Of a DNA stretch of 64,000 nucleotides, positions 27,836 to 40,535 are shown piece by piece. Source of the DNA: Octopus vulgaris. Lineage: Eukaryota. Location of the stretch: positions 20,646,001 to 20,710,000 of the forward strand of contig OX597819.1 in assembly GCA_951406725.2 (NCBI GenBank), in the 5' to 3' direction. The position numbers were made by a program, and so were the translations under genes. Below the pieces are notes generated by a model. It made no database searches, had not been told where the DNA came from, and saw nothing but the letters and a program-made list of their open reading frames with translations. Numbering within the stretch: the stretch's first letter is position 1; each line of letters opens with the position of its first letter.

Positions 27836-28250
27836 ACAGGTATGGCTGTGTTGTTAATAGGGATGATTGCCAACATATGCTCTCTTCGTTTCAGTCACAC
27901 TTCGTGGAACCTTAGACAAGTATCTTTGACTATAGCCCCCAACCAGCCAGAGCCTTCTCGGTGGATTTGTTGAATGGAAACTAAAAGAAAAGGAAGCCTG
28001 TCGTGTGTGTGTGTCTGTCTGTTTGCGTCCTTGTGTGCGCATGCAGTGAGCGTGTGTGTATCTATGTGCGTATTTCTTTGAGTTTTGTTCCGTCTCTACC
28101 TTCTCCCCACACGTTTAAATCCCTGTGAATGAACGGTTCGGCAAAAGCGACCAATAACCTAACTAGCAAAATCATAAATACGTTCTTTGTAGATTTATTT
28201 GACTTAAACTATTTAACATGTTGCTCCAGTATGGCGTAAGTCAACAAGGA
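27836..28250 (+). mobile_element. SINE family 1, old degenerate copy
   Basis: tggctgtgttgttaa head, gtggatttg..ggaaact..gaagcctgtcgt, cggttcggcaaaag, gctccagtatggc. Confidence 0.7.
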
Positions 28251-29532
28251 AGAGACAGACACAAAAGGTACCAAGTGATTTGGTGGTCATACTATGAACA
28301 GTTCGACCATCTAAATGCGAAGATGTAACATTGAATTTGACATTCAACTTTAAACCTATGTCACGTGAAGTTAATTCATAGACTCTGGACGAATCATTTG
28401 AATTTGATTAAACTTAGCATGACCTATCCTGATTAGCCCCTCCGGATCTATGCTGTAATATTTAAGTGAACACCCCTATAATTATTTTTCTGTCCGAAAT
28501 TTGAGAAGCCAGATCTATTAACCGTTATCCTAATTGCCTATTATAAGTTACATATCATCTATAGTATTCTATTATACATTATACAAAATTGCAGCCCATG
28601 TCAAGCGAGGTCTTCAGGATTTTTGCCCTCTCTCGAAAAAACCTGCTTCACACGGGGGCCTTTTTAACCTCCAGGGAAGTAGTGTTTATTCAATGTCCCC
28701 ATCAGAAACGTTTCCTGTTGCAAGCTTGGAATTCCCCATTCATCGAATACAACCACGTCAGCAACTTCAAAAATCGCCAGGGCTGGAACCGATGAACATG
28801 AGACAACCCGTCTCGTCTGAAACACTACTTGCAAGGTCACTCAAGATGTATATATATATATATAGCTTACAAGACTACCTGACCATAATGTTTTCCTCCT
28901 TTCGGTTGTAGAGAGGTTATGGATCCCCGGCCATTTTGAGTCTGCCTAGTCGCCTATTCAGCTAAGCGTTTTATTTGTGCGAAACCAATGGCAACTCTCT
29001 GACAGTCCATAACAATCCAGTTTCTATAAATATATTCTTATTCTAATGCTTTTGAGTGACTTTTTTCGGATACTTTATATACATACGCTAGGACGGGGAC
29101 ACACACATACACACATACACACACACATACACACAAATATGTACAATGGTCAGATGTGATACGTAACTGCAGAAATCACATAAATATTTCGTGGTATAAC
29201 AAGGAAAAACCAAATGCTAGTATCAGTTCTTTGCACAGATAAGAATATGAAGACTAGAAACATTGATAGACGATTCAGGAAAATTACTGTCTAACACAAG
29301 GCTTGACTAACTTTCACCTTATAAGAAAATACTGGAAAACGACAAGAATACAAACGAAACTAAAGGAAATACAAATGAAAATGTTAGCCATATATTGATG
29401 CATACACACATGTGCATATGTTAATATGCATACATATATGTGTACATACATATAAACATACACACACACAGACACATATTTATATATATATATATATATA
29501 TATTGTTATATTTCAGAATGTTTTTTTTTATT

Positions 29533-29735
29533 TCTGTAGTCTATAGTATAAGATGTATAGAGGGACGATGCAGTAACAAGACAATGACATACGTAGGGGA
29601 AACGGCAAGAAGCATAGGAGAGCGGGTAAATGGACATTGGAGAGGACTTAAGGAAGGTAAACGCTCATCCATTCTGTACCAACACGCCGAACAGGAACAC
29701 GGGGGATCAATCAACAACATAGAAATTAAGATATA
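29533..29735 (+). mobile_element. Isolated PLE-type GIY-YIG endonuclease fragment
   Basis: VVYSIRCIEGRC...YVGETARSIGERVNGH...SSILYQHAEQEH (GIY-YIG with CCHH-type residues); no internal stops. Confidence 0.8.
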
Positions 29736-30354
29736 TAGTTATTTCTTTTTTTTGTTTTGTTTAATTTAAAAGATTTTTTAAAAATTTATTATTATTATTA
29801 TTATTATTACTAGTAATGCTGTTATACATACATACATACAACCATACGTAATGATAATAATGATATGTGGATGTAAACACATGAACTTATATAGTAAAAA
29901 GTATATATGAGCACTGAATGCGCATGTCTGAATACGTGCTGCTGTAATAGATTCCGAATAATCTTTATTTATTTGTGTGTCTCACTTGATTGGAGTATGG
30001 AACTTGTTCGTCTCACATTCACTGACTTCCACTCCGTATTGACATGCCAAACAAGTGATGCTTGAAATCAAGATCTGCCCCACTTAACAGGGTTTAAGTA
30101 GCACAAGTACCACTTTAGATTTTTCAATCTAAGTAAATGGTTCTTTGTAAGGAAAATGGTTCCGAAATCCTGCTGCGTATTACAAAAGTCTTTCTGTTCA
30201 ATAATACAATTTCCTTTTCCCATCTATGAACATGTAAAACAAATACCGACACACATACATATATAAACGGGTTAAAATATACGCATATATAATGGAATAA
30301 CTAGTGATATGCACACACGTAATTACTAAAACATTTCGAATGGTACACTTGGAC

Positions 30355-30382
30355 ATGTGTGTATGTGTGTGTGTGTGTGTAT

Positions 30383-30458
<76 letters not shown>

Positions 30459-30832
30459 TGGCATATATAAATACCTTAATATATATGTATGTATACTGAC
30501 ACATATTCGCAGAGAAGAGTGTACGCGATTCTTGCAGAAACATCTTACAAAATTAGACACGACCATCTTGTGTTGATATGTATGTCTATGAGTGAGTATT
30601 GGTATATGTATTTTTTTATGGGTGAACGTAGGCATAGATCCGATAAATATAAAATATATATACACATACACACACATGTATATATATATAAGTATGTATA
30701 TATATATATGTATATGTGTATATATATATATGTATATGTGTGTGTATATATAGATATATACACACATAAATATATATACATATACACACATATACATATG
30801 TGTGTGTGTGTGTATTTAAGAATAAAAGTCTA

Positions 30833-30872
<40 letters not shown>

Positions 30873-30895
30873 GTATATATAAGTATATATATGTA

Positions 30896-30943
<48 letters not shown>

Positions 30944-31084
30944 CGTATATACATACATATGAATGTATGAATATTTACATAGACGTATGCATGTATGTGC
31001 GAATGTATGCATGTGTATAGATACTTGCATATCTACACATGTACATATACATCTATTTAAATCTATTTCTGTATATATACATAT

Positions 31085-31132
<48 letters not shown>

Positions 31133-31241
31133 GCGCCTACAGACAATGTTTACATGCTCACGCTTATCTCTCTGTTTTCTCATGCATATGCACACAAGCT
31201 TCTTCCTGCATATATACCAATACAAGTGTGTACGTATGTTG

Positions 31242-31297
<56 letters not shown>

Positions 31298-31300
31298 ATT
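30355..31300. repeat. Compound (TG)n/(TA)n/(CA)n microsatellite field
   Basis: Direct reading. Confidence 0.9.
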
Positions 31301-31707
31301 ATATTCTCACTTTCCCTGTACTTATCTAAATGTAACTACGTATGTATATGTTCCTGTGTATACTTACGTGCACACGCAGAACTTTCCCGGTCTTTTAATA
31401 AAAAAATACTTTGGTTTATTTCCAAAACCACTCATCATGTTTGCGAAGGCACTCTTGGCATGACAAATTGAATAACATGTCTTATTCTTTATTGCCATTC
31501 TTCTCTTTTAACTTCTATTTTCTTCTTTCTTCACTTGCCTTCACTCGCATTCCATTCGTGTCTCTTGTATGTTTGCTATACATATTCAACTTCATAGATT
31601 TTGAAAGATATTGTCATAATATATTTATGAATTATTAAGGTAGCGACTATTTTCCTTCCCATTTCTAAATTGTTGCTCGTTCTTTGTATCAATATCTTAA
31701 TCTCACC

Positions 31708-31709
<2 letters not shown>

Positions 31710-31754
<45 letters not shown>

Positions 31755-32320
31755 TCGTTTTCATTCTCACTTACTCTCCATCACTTGATATTTCAGTATT
31801 TTCTGTAGCATATTTTGGCGATCCTTATTCTCTCTCTCTCACACATATTTTTCTCTCTCGTTCTCTCATTCTCTCTCTCTCTCTTTCTCTGTTTGTCTCT
31901 CTCTCTCTCTTTCTCTGTTTGTCTCTGTCTCCCTCTCTCTCTCTCTCTCTTTCGTTCCTTTTGCTTTATCCCAATCATTTCCTCCTCATTCTTTGCCTCT
32001 TTCTCTCTTTCTAGTTCCATGCCACTGCATGTATCCCTATGTATCCTATATCTGTCTCTGTAGATATTTGTCTCTCTCCTCGACTCTCTCTTTCTCTCTC
32101 TTGCACTCGTTATTTTCTCTTTCATTCCCTCTCCTTCCCCATTTATCCCACTCTATTTCTATCTCTCACACGTTTTCCTTTTTTTATTTATCTCATGTCC
32201 CTCTATATAAATATTCCCCCATCTCTCTCCCTCTCCCTCTCTCACATTCGCTCTCATTCTCCATCTCTTATCCATTCTGTTCTTCTGAAACTCTCTCACC
32301 TCTTTCTCTTTTACTTTCTT
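31710..32320. repeat. (CT)n-rich polypyrimidine tract
   Basis: Direct reading; a similar tract lies at 4330-5060. Confidence 0.85.
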
Positions 32321-33549
32321 CTACTTTATGGATTTGTACAAACCCACAACCTTTCAACTTGGCCGATAGCGATTTATACAGAAGTATGTGTTTATAGCAG
32401 AATTCCAATTACTATGAAAACTAACAGCACGGTACAGAGAAGAAAAGAAGAAACGAAGCCACGCTTTAGCAACAATCTTGGTGCAACCAGATATTTACCC
32501 GGTCTTTCGTCCTACAATAAACTGCTTTCACTGCACCATTATATCATAAACTTATGATGTACAAAGAAAGCGCATTTTTAACAATATAGTCATGCAGATC
32601 ATAAAGATACTGTATACTTCGAGTTGGATCTGGTTTTATCACTGTGTTGCTTTATAAGACATAGCCTAAAATTGAAATATCTCTTCTACACCAGTAACAA
32701 CGGTAACGGGAAATATATTCTCTACTAGATCTAAATATTTTAAACCTGTTTGTAGTTTGACACGTTTATTTAACTTTTACTCAACAAGTCGTCAAATTTC
32801 TTAAGTTCATGCTTTATCTTTTAAGGAGGGATACGACATGTCACGTTGTTCTTTCGTTAACACAGTGTCTATGAAAACGACGGGATTGTTCCAAGTGGAA
32901 CGTCTTTGTGTAAGATTATAGATCAGGACTGAACTGAAACTAAAAGAACTGCACAAACCGGCGAGTTAATGAATGAAGTCCTCTTTCTCTCTCTCTCTGC
33001 AAGTCACAGCAGCTGGTTATCCGTAAAAGGACAACCTACCATCTCATACGAGGAAGAACAAATGATAATAATACAACGCGACAATATTGTATATTAAACA
33101 ATGACTGGATGATCACAGTATGTGTTTATACCAGAATAGTCTATGAGCAAGGCATTTGTCTCAGGACTGATCGCAGGATAAACAATACCATAACAAGGAG
33201 CTAGAGATTCTTGTTTACCTCCAAAACTGAACCGATAATTCCACTACGTGTAATCTTCTTCTTATTCGTAATGTCGGCTGAAATATCTTTATATGGTCTG
33301 TAAAAAGTGTCGCACTAATACTTTGTACTGAAGTTAGATTTGTTTCTTTGGAATAGCAAGAGTGTTAGCTTTCAATGGTGTTGATATTCTCCGTAGATAA
33401 TGAATCTCTATTAATTTTGGACAGACAAAGTCGTTCTCACTCAAAATGTGTATCCGTCGCATGGTAGATGATCTTACACAACGTGGTACATATTACACAT
33501 CAGTCGCTCGTCTCAAATGAGAGTCTCTTAATTATTATTTTATTTTGAA

Positions 33550-33946
33550 GTAGCAGTATCGCCCGGCGTTGCTCGGGTTTGTAAGGGAAATAACTATATA
33601 AGCATTTTTAGAGATGTAAAGTATAATAGCCATCTCAATATGGCTAACCACAAGGGGGGGGGTGTTACTGTAGCTTTTTACGTTCTGAGATTTAATAAAA
33701 AACTTTTAGAGAGTTACTTCCCTTATATATGCCAAAAATGCATCAAAAATGGGAAAAATTGATGGTAATTTTGTTTTTAAATCGTAGACTCATCGTAGAC
33801 GCGCGCTAATACCCAGAAGGGCTCAATATGAATCACTACTATAAGATACCCGGTTTTGGTTAAACTGCACCGCAAAATGTGGGAGCAGTTAGGAATCTAA
33901 ATTGTAGGAGACAGACAGCACACAACCTCACTTTTATATATAAAGA
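33550..33946 (-). mobile_element. Non-autonomous Helitron
   Basis: Minus strand starts A^TC(tttatatat); subterminal hairpin cccgagcaacgccggg; ends CTAC (mutated CTAG). The 3' end is shared with 40034-40416. Confidence 0.75.
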
Positions 33947-34969
33947 TTTACATTATTATCTCGACAGCAGATTGTGCTGCTCCCTTGACATTAGAAATAT
34001 GCTGTGTAATAACCAGTTGGTAAGATTAATCATCCAAGAAATAAAAGATTTCTAGATGGAACACATCAGTGGCTCTGCTTCTCATCTGCATTCTAAACTG
34101 GTTAATACACTTGCTCTAATTTACATGATTCCTTTTCACAATTAATTCATAAAATTATTCCTTCTTATAGTAAATTCTTTACTGCGAACTTTGAATGAAG
34201 GTCAGTACAAACATCACTATTTTCAAAATTCCTAACAGATGCTACGCAAATTATGGGCGAAATACTAATATCTCTAAGAAATACCGGAGCACAATTGTAA
34301 TAGCGGATAAAATATTTATAGTTAATTTCGTAGCTAAAGAATTTAGTCGAGTTTTACTTAGACCAATTTCGTCTTTACAATGCATGTTTATCTTCTTCAA
34401 ATGGCCGTATATTGTATTTGCGTCGCAATTTAGAATTTTCAGTTTCTAATAGAATTCTCATTTAAATTATAATTTGATTACATTCCTTTCTTTTAACCTG
34501 ATTAATTTCTCGATTGTTCGCTACTCACTATACACTTTTTCAATTCCCTATAGGCGAAGCGGAATATCTACATATTCAGGAATTACAGTTTTAGTAGATG
34601 CAGTAGAATATCGAAGCATGCTTTTATACGCTTTGTTTCCTTTCTACTTTCGCAAATTTTCAGGGAGTTAGTATGTAGGAAATGAGATCCCTATTTTAAA
34701 GCGAGTGGGAGTGTGTGTGTGTGTGTGTTTAGGAATATTTCATTGTTATATTTCATATAACAAGCTGCAATGTAGAAATGCTCTCTCACTGGAATACTTT
34801 TATAATGCCGATTTGGCAGGCAATTATGTTTCTGGACAACGGATAGAATATTTAGCAGAAATCTTGCTAGGAGATAGAAATATACAATGAATAGTAAAAT
34901 AGCGTGTCTTAATCTTCATAACTCTGTACCGGAGTGTTAATGATACGAGAAAGAGAAACAGAAAGACAA

Positions 34970-35048
<79 letters not shown>

Positions 35049-35263
35049 TGAGAGGTCAGGAAGAGATATCGACGTCAATACAGTATAGAATGTGTGTGTA
35101 TCAATGCGGAGGTGTATGAGATATGTTGTCAGCCTTTTAGTTCTTATAACTTTATGTTACAGAGTGACGCAAATAGTTACAGCATAGTAATTTATTTCTT
35201 ATCCATTTAACATTTATATACCAACACACACGCCTGCACACACACACACGCATACAGATATAT

Positions 35264-35315
<52 letters not shown>

Positions 35316-35364
35316 GTTTTTTTTAGATATAACTTACCAGCGTTCCCGTCATCATATATGCAGT

Positions 35365-35540
35365 AATCACATTCGGTTAAAATGTCTTATTGATGCGTTT
35401 TATTTATCTTCTTTTTTCCAATGATGGGAAGATTGCACAGTTTACATAATTTTATTACTTCTGGAATAAAAACAATGTTTTCTTCGAAACATATGTCGGA
35501 AGTATAAAGATTTGAATAACACCTTAGTTTAACTCCATCG
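35365..35540 (+). mobile_element. CATATG-family pLTR-like repeat with core-mutated hammerhead (35416-35501)
   Basis: ttcc a-ATGATGG GAAGA...TCTTC GAAA CATATG TC ggaa; aligns closely with 63776-63863; flanked by (TA)n and (CT)n(TA)n. Confidence 0.7.
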
Positions 35541-35560
35541 CTCTCTCTCTCTCTCCCTCT

Positions 35561-35601
<41 letters not shown>

Positions 35602-35605
<4 letters not shown>

Positions 35606-36224
35606 TTTTTCTCTGTGTATCTTTCTGTTGTAGAGCGTAGGCTCGAAACGTTAAAGACTTCTTTTATTTATACTTCCTGAGCGCCATACTAATACAATTG
35701 TTTGTTTGTATTCCACCTGCCTTCGTCTTTTGTTTATTTCCGTAAACCTGCCTTCGTCTTTTGTCTATTTTCATAAAGCTTCCCGTTATATATTACGCGC
35801 TCACGTGGTCTCACTTTCATCCTATATTCTACCAACACCACTATCAACTCTTACCTCTACATTGGATTTTCTTTACCCCTTGGATACTTACCATTGGCTG
35901 CACCTCTCTTTCACGGATCAAAGTGACTTTGTTATTGATGTGAAATCCTTAAAAAATATACCACGACGTCTATACATTTCTAACCTTGAACCCTCAACCT
36001 TGAACTTGTTCGCATAAACTGTCCCGTTCGTTTTATTTTTGTGTTTTTTCTCTGTGTATCTTTCTGTTGAAGAGCGTAGGCTCGAAACGTTAAAGACTTG
36101 TTTTAGTTATATTTCCTGAGCGCCATACTAATACAATTGTTTGTTTGTATTCCACCTGCCTTCGTCTTTTGTTTATTTCCGTAAACCTGCCTTCGTATTT
36201 TGTCTATTTTCATAAAGCTTCCCG

Positions 36225-36230
<6 letters not shown>
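35602..36230 (+). mobile_element. Tandem direct-repeat element (two ~190-bp repeats, ~250-bp spacer), each repeat with a minimal hammerhead-like motif; retrozyme/pLTR-like
   Basis: Repeats at 35602-35792 and 36042-36230; motif tcttt CTGTTG(T/A) A gagc-gtag-gctc GAAA CG TT aaaga at 35620-35657 and 36059-36096; (TA)n on both sides. Confidence 0.7.
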
Positions 36231-36307
<77 letters not shown>

Positions 36308-36609
36308 TGTGTGCATACCAAGCCAGTCAAAGATATGAATAAGAACAGGCACGCATGCTCAAAGACACAGACATTCGTACAAACACATTGACTTAGTTCA
36401 TCTCCTTCCGTCTTACATTCAAATAAGTTCTTCCATCTATAACCGTCGTGACGTTTTTCTTAACATTATATATTAATTACTATATTATTCTATATATGGT
36501 AATGAACTGAAGAGTATTTTGTCGCTAGTGTTTCTTGATCAAAGGTATTCAGTCCCATTGTTAACCAGGACTTAATTTCGTTTCCTGTCAATAATTTACT
36601 TTGCATTAA

Positions 36610-36820
36610 AGCAGCGAGTCGCCAGAGTCATTAGCGAACCGGACAAAATGCTTAGCGCCATTTCGTACATATTTACATTCTCAGTTTTCAAATTCCGGCG
36701 AGATTGACTTCACCTTTTATCCTCTCGGGCTGGGGTGTCGTTAAAATAAATATTGATGCTGATGTAATCGTCTTATCTCACTCTACCGAAATTGCTGGCT
36801 TTTACCAGAAATTGAAACTA
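36610..36820 (+). mobile_element. SINE family 2
   Basis: gcagcgagtcgccagagtcattagc..ccggacaaaatgcttagc..caaattccggcgag matches the family; a second partial head lies at about 36855-36955. Confidence 0.7.
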
Positions 36821-36979
36821 GAATCAGTGTTCACGTTATTGTTGTTGAAAGACAATAACTTGGCAGATTCGTTAGCGCCTCTGACAAAATTCCATGCACT
36901 ACTTATTTCTGATTTTTATACATAGCATTCAAATCCCTCTCTGGTGACTCTTTGCTTTTCATATATTTTTATTTATTTA

Positions 36980-37285
36980 TGCGCCCTTATTCAAGCCTAA
37001 CCAGGCTCATGGGCCCGGTTTCCCGGTTTCTGTGGCGTATGTGTTCTCCCAGCTGGACGGGACGCCAGTCCACCACAGGGTTACTTAAGAAGCAGGAAGA
37101 AATATTGAGAGAAAGTTGTGGCGAAAGAGTACAAGAGTGGTTGCCACCACCCCCTACCAGAGCCGCGTGGAGCTTTAGGTGTTTTCGCTTAATAAACACA
37201 CAAAACACTCGGTCTGGGAATCGAAACCGCGATCCTCCGACCACGAGTCCGCTGTCCTAACCACTGGGCCATTGCGCCTCCACCT
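36980..37285 (-). mobile_element. SINE family 3 (variant 3' module B), intact tRNA-like head
   Basis: Minus strand: ggaggcgcaatggcccagtggttagg...ggtttcgattcccagacc; the 3' part contains cctgtggtggactggcgtcccgtccag. Confidence 0.8.
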
Positions 37286-37830
37286 TTTCATATATATATA
37301 TACAAGAACAATACAATATATTTACCAGTCTAGAACTATAACCGAAAGGTATCGATTAACGACTGCTTTTATTAATTCCTTGTATCATTGCTAAACTAGG
37401 TTTTCTAATCCTAAACATTTATTCCCAATTAAATTAAAGATGTGTTCCTCACGACTTATCCTTGTCATATATATTTAGTGCTACATTTTTCTAATGCCTG
37501 TCCAAAGCTTTTCAAGAAGGATGAGTGTGGAGATGACTGCTTTTAACGATATTTCTAGACTCTCGGGTAACGCCATTGTTTCCACTGAAATTCGACCTTT
37601 ATTAGGCTGATGTTTTAAACTCATGCTATGTTTTTATTAAACAAATCTATCTTAAAGGCTTTCCGGTCGAAATCATTGGGATTACAACCATTCGAACTAT
37701 TTTCTGACTTAGGATATCTCATATCACTATGCGCCTTAGATCTAGTCTGTCGATCGTTTTTAAGAATGAAATCATAAGAATAAAGACATAAACATGGAAT
37801 TTCCGTTTTTTTTTAAATATTCACGAACAA

Positions 37831-38258
37831 GAGCAGGAGTGGCTGTGTGGTAAGTAGCTTGCTAACCAACCGCATGGTTCCGGGTTCATCCCACTGCGTG
37901 ACATCTTGGGTAAGTGTCTTCTGCTATAGCCCCGGGCCGACCAATGCCTTGTGAGTGGATTTGGTAGACGGAAACTGAAAGAAGCCTGTCGTATATATGT
38001 ATATATATATATGTATGTGTGTGTTTGTGTGTCTGTGTTTGTCCCGCTAGCATTGCTTGACAACCGATGCTGGTGTGTTTACGTCCCCGTCACTTAGCGG
38101 TTCGGCAAAAGAGACCGATAGAATAAGTACTGGGCTTCCAAAGAATAAGTCCCGGGGTCGATTTGCTCGACTAAAGGCGGTGCTCCAGCATGGCCGCAGT
38201 CAAATGACTGAAACAAGTAAAAGAAAAGAAAGAAAGAAAAAGAAAAGAAAAGATAAAA
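37831..38258 (+). mobile_element. SINE family 1, full length
   Basis: High identity to 5692-6117; long A-rich tail. Confidence 0.92.
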
Positions 38259-39667
38259 TACAAAAGCTCGGGTTTGCTGTGATCACTGACGATTCGATAA
38301 CCTCAAGTGTGATTGATTCCCTATTGAAAGAGGAATAACAACAATGCAGCAATTTCTCTGAAAGTCACTAGACGACGTCTATGAGTAACATTATCAGAAC
38401 TGAGAGTACTTGACATGCAAGTACAATATTGAACAACCATACAATAACCATATTCCGCTTCATAGGATCGAATCTTCAATGACGACCAAATCTGTTCGTG
38501 GAATAGTAGTAGTAAGACAGTAAAGAACAGTATTATAAATAGCATAAAAGTATAATTCTTAAAAAAGATATACAAAGAACGTTGTATTTAGTTACAAATC
38601 TTTAGGTTGAATAACTCGCGACTTTTAACCTCGGTATATTTTCTAAACATTATACATTGTTTTCAAATTGCCTTTGTCACATTCACTGATTTCAGAATAC
38701 AATATCTGTTGGTAATTTAATGCTAGGCTCCCTCAACCAAAACTAAAAATAACTAATACCAATTTACTTTTTAAAAAGCTTTGCTTTACAATAAATTCTA
38801 TTAATGGTGATATTTACGACGATAACAACTTCCTTTGTAAAATCTCATTACATTTCTTTCTAACTGATACCATCTTTCTTTTCTGTCTTGATATTTGCAT
38901 TAATGCTATTTTTGTCTGCAGTTTATCACATACATAGTCAACAAACATCATATTCTTCGCTCTTTCTTTTATCTCCCATAAAATTCCCCCGTTATCTGTC
39001 TCGGGGATCAAAAGATTATATACAAAACATTAAAACTGCAATAAAATCAAAGAAAACAATTAAAAAACATTGCTTTCTCACACAAAGTACTCAACATTCG
39101 ATGCTAGATTATATATTCATAACTATATATAATAATTATGGTGATCATTTTATTAGAGAAGCAAGAAGGATGAGGTCAGTGAAGCACAACGTTCAGAGTG
39201 AAATATTGGTGCAAGATGGTTGGGCGGTAATCATTTTATGACGTTCTGTGGGATACTTATTATTTCGCCTCTCAACTTCCGCTATGAAAATAAAATTAGT
39301 CTTTTTATTTCGTCTTTAAATAGAGAAACTGTGTTTGATAAAAAAAAATAGGAAAAAAACGAAAAATGTTACACAGAATCTAAATTGTAAACGGGAAATA
39401 TGATAGCGATCAGAAATAACACACTGCGCCAGACACGTTGGTTGCTTAGTGTTTATATATATGTGTGTGTGTGTGTGTTTATATATATTTGTGTGTATGT
39501 GTTGTGTGTGTATAACGATTCGTTTTATCGAGAAATTGGACGAGGCCCCATAGACCAAGCATTACCACACGCCTTCCACTATTACTCTTTCATGGTAAAA
39601 TAATTCATGTGTTGTTTTATAGTTTAACTTCATCAACATTTTTAAGGTGATTGCTACGAGAGTTTGT

Positions 39668-39737
<70 letters not shown>

Positions 39738-40033
39738 TGGGTTCATTTGAGGAACAAACAATTAGAGGAGAATTCTCGTGAAGGAGAACAGGAGAAATTC
39801 GAGACAATGTAAGTTAACGGGATCAATTGGTGCATTCGATGTTCTACACCATTTTCTTCAGATTGGAAGTGAATCGTACGGTTGCTTTTAGATTATTTTT
39901 AACGGTGGTGATGCCTGTAACAAGGTTTCCTCAGCTTCAGTCGAATCCATGCAGTATTAGTAAAGTTTCGCACAAGCCTCAATCTTACATGTTGATTTGA
40001 TGGTATGTTATATCTTGCAATTTTATTCCATTA

Positions 40034-40416
40034 CTAGCAGTATCGCCCGGCGTTGCTCAGGTTTGTAAGGGAAATAACTATAAAGCATTTTAGAGAGTTA
40101 TAGCCAAAAAATAGAAAAAAAATGGAAAAAAATGATGGTAAATTTTTTTTGAGATTTAAAAAAGGTGGAGTTGCGTCCCCTAGACAGTTTGTGGTTCGTG
40201 TTTCTGATTCTCGACCCCATGTCGAATTTATCGATTTTTTTCAGAACTGGGGGAACTTTTCAAAATTTTCGCTGCGTTAGTTTTGAATTATGACATTGGG
40301 CTATGTGTGTGTCAAGTTTCATCAGAATCGGTTGAAAGCCGTGGTCAGGGTGAGGGTTCAAGCAAACAGACACACAGAAACACGCACAGACAAACTGCCG
40401 TTTATATAGAGAGAGA
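40034..40416 (-). mobile_element. Non-autonomous Helitron with canonical termini
   Basis: Minus strand A^TC...hairpin cctgagcaacgccggg...CTAG^T, no TSD. Confidence 0.85.
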
Positions 40417-40452
40417 TGCAAATATTCCATTCGTCATTAAACATTGCTTCTG

Positions 40453-40454
<2 letters not shown>

Positions 40455-40534
<80 letters not shown>

Positions 40535-40535
40535 G
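40455..40535. repeat. (TTA)n
   Basis: Direct reading. Confidence 0.95.

Noticed and set aside
35602-36230. CRISPR array or LTR retrotransposon interpretation of the direct repeats
   Set aside because: Eukaryotic context, only two long repeats, and no TG..CA termini, PBS, PPT or TSD seen.
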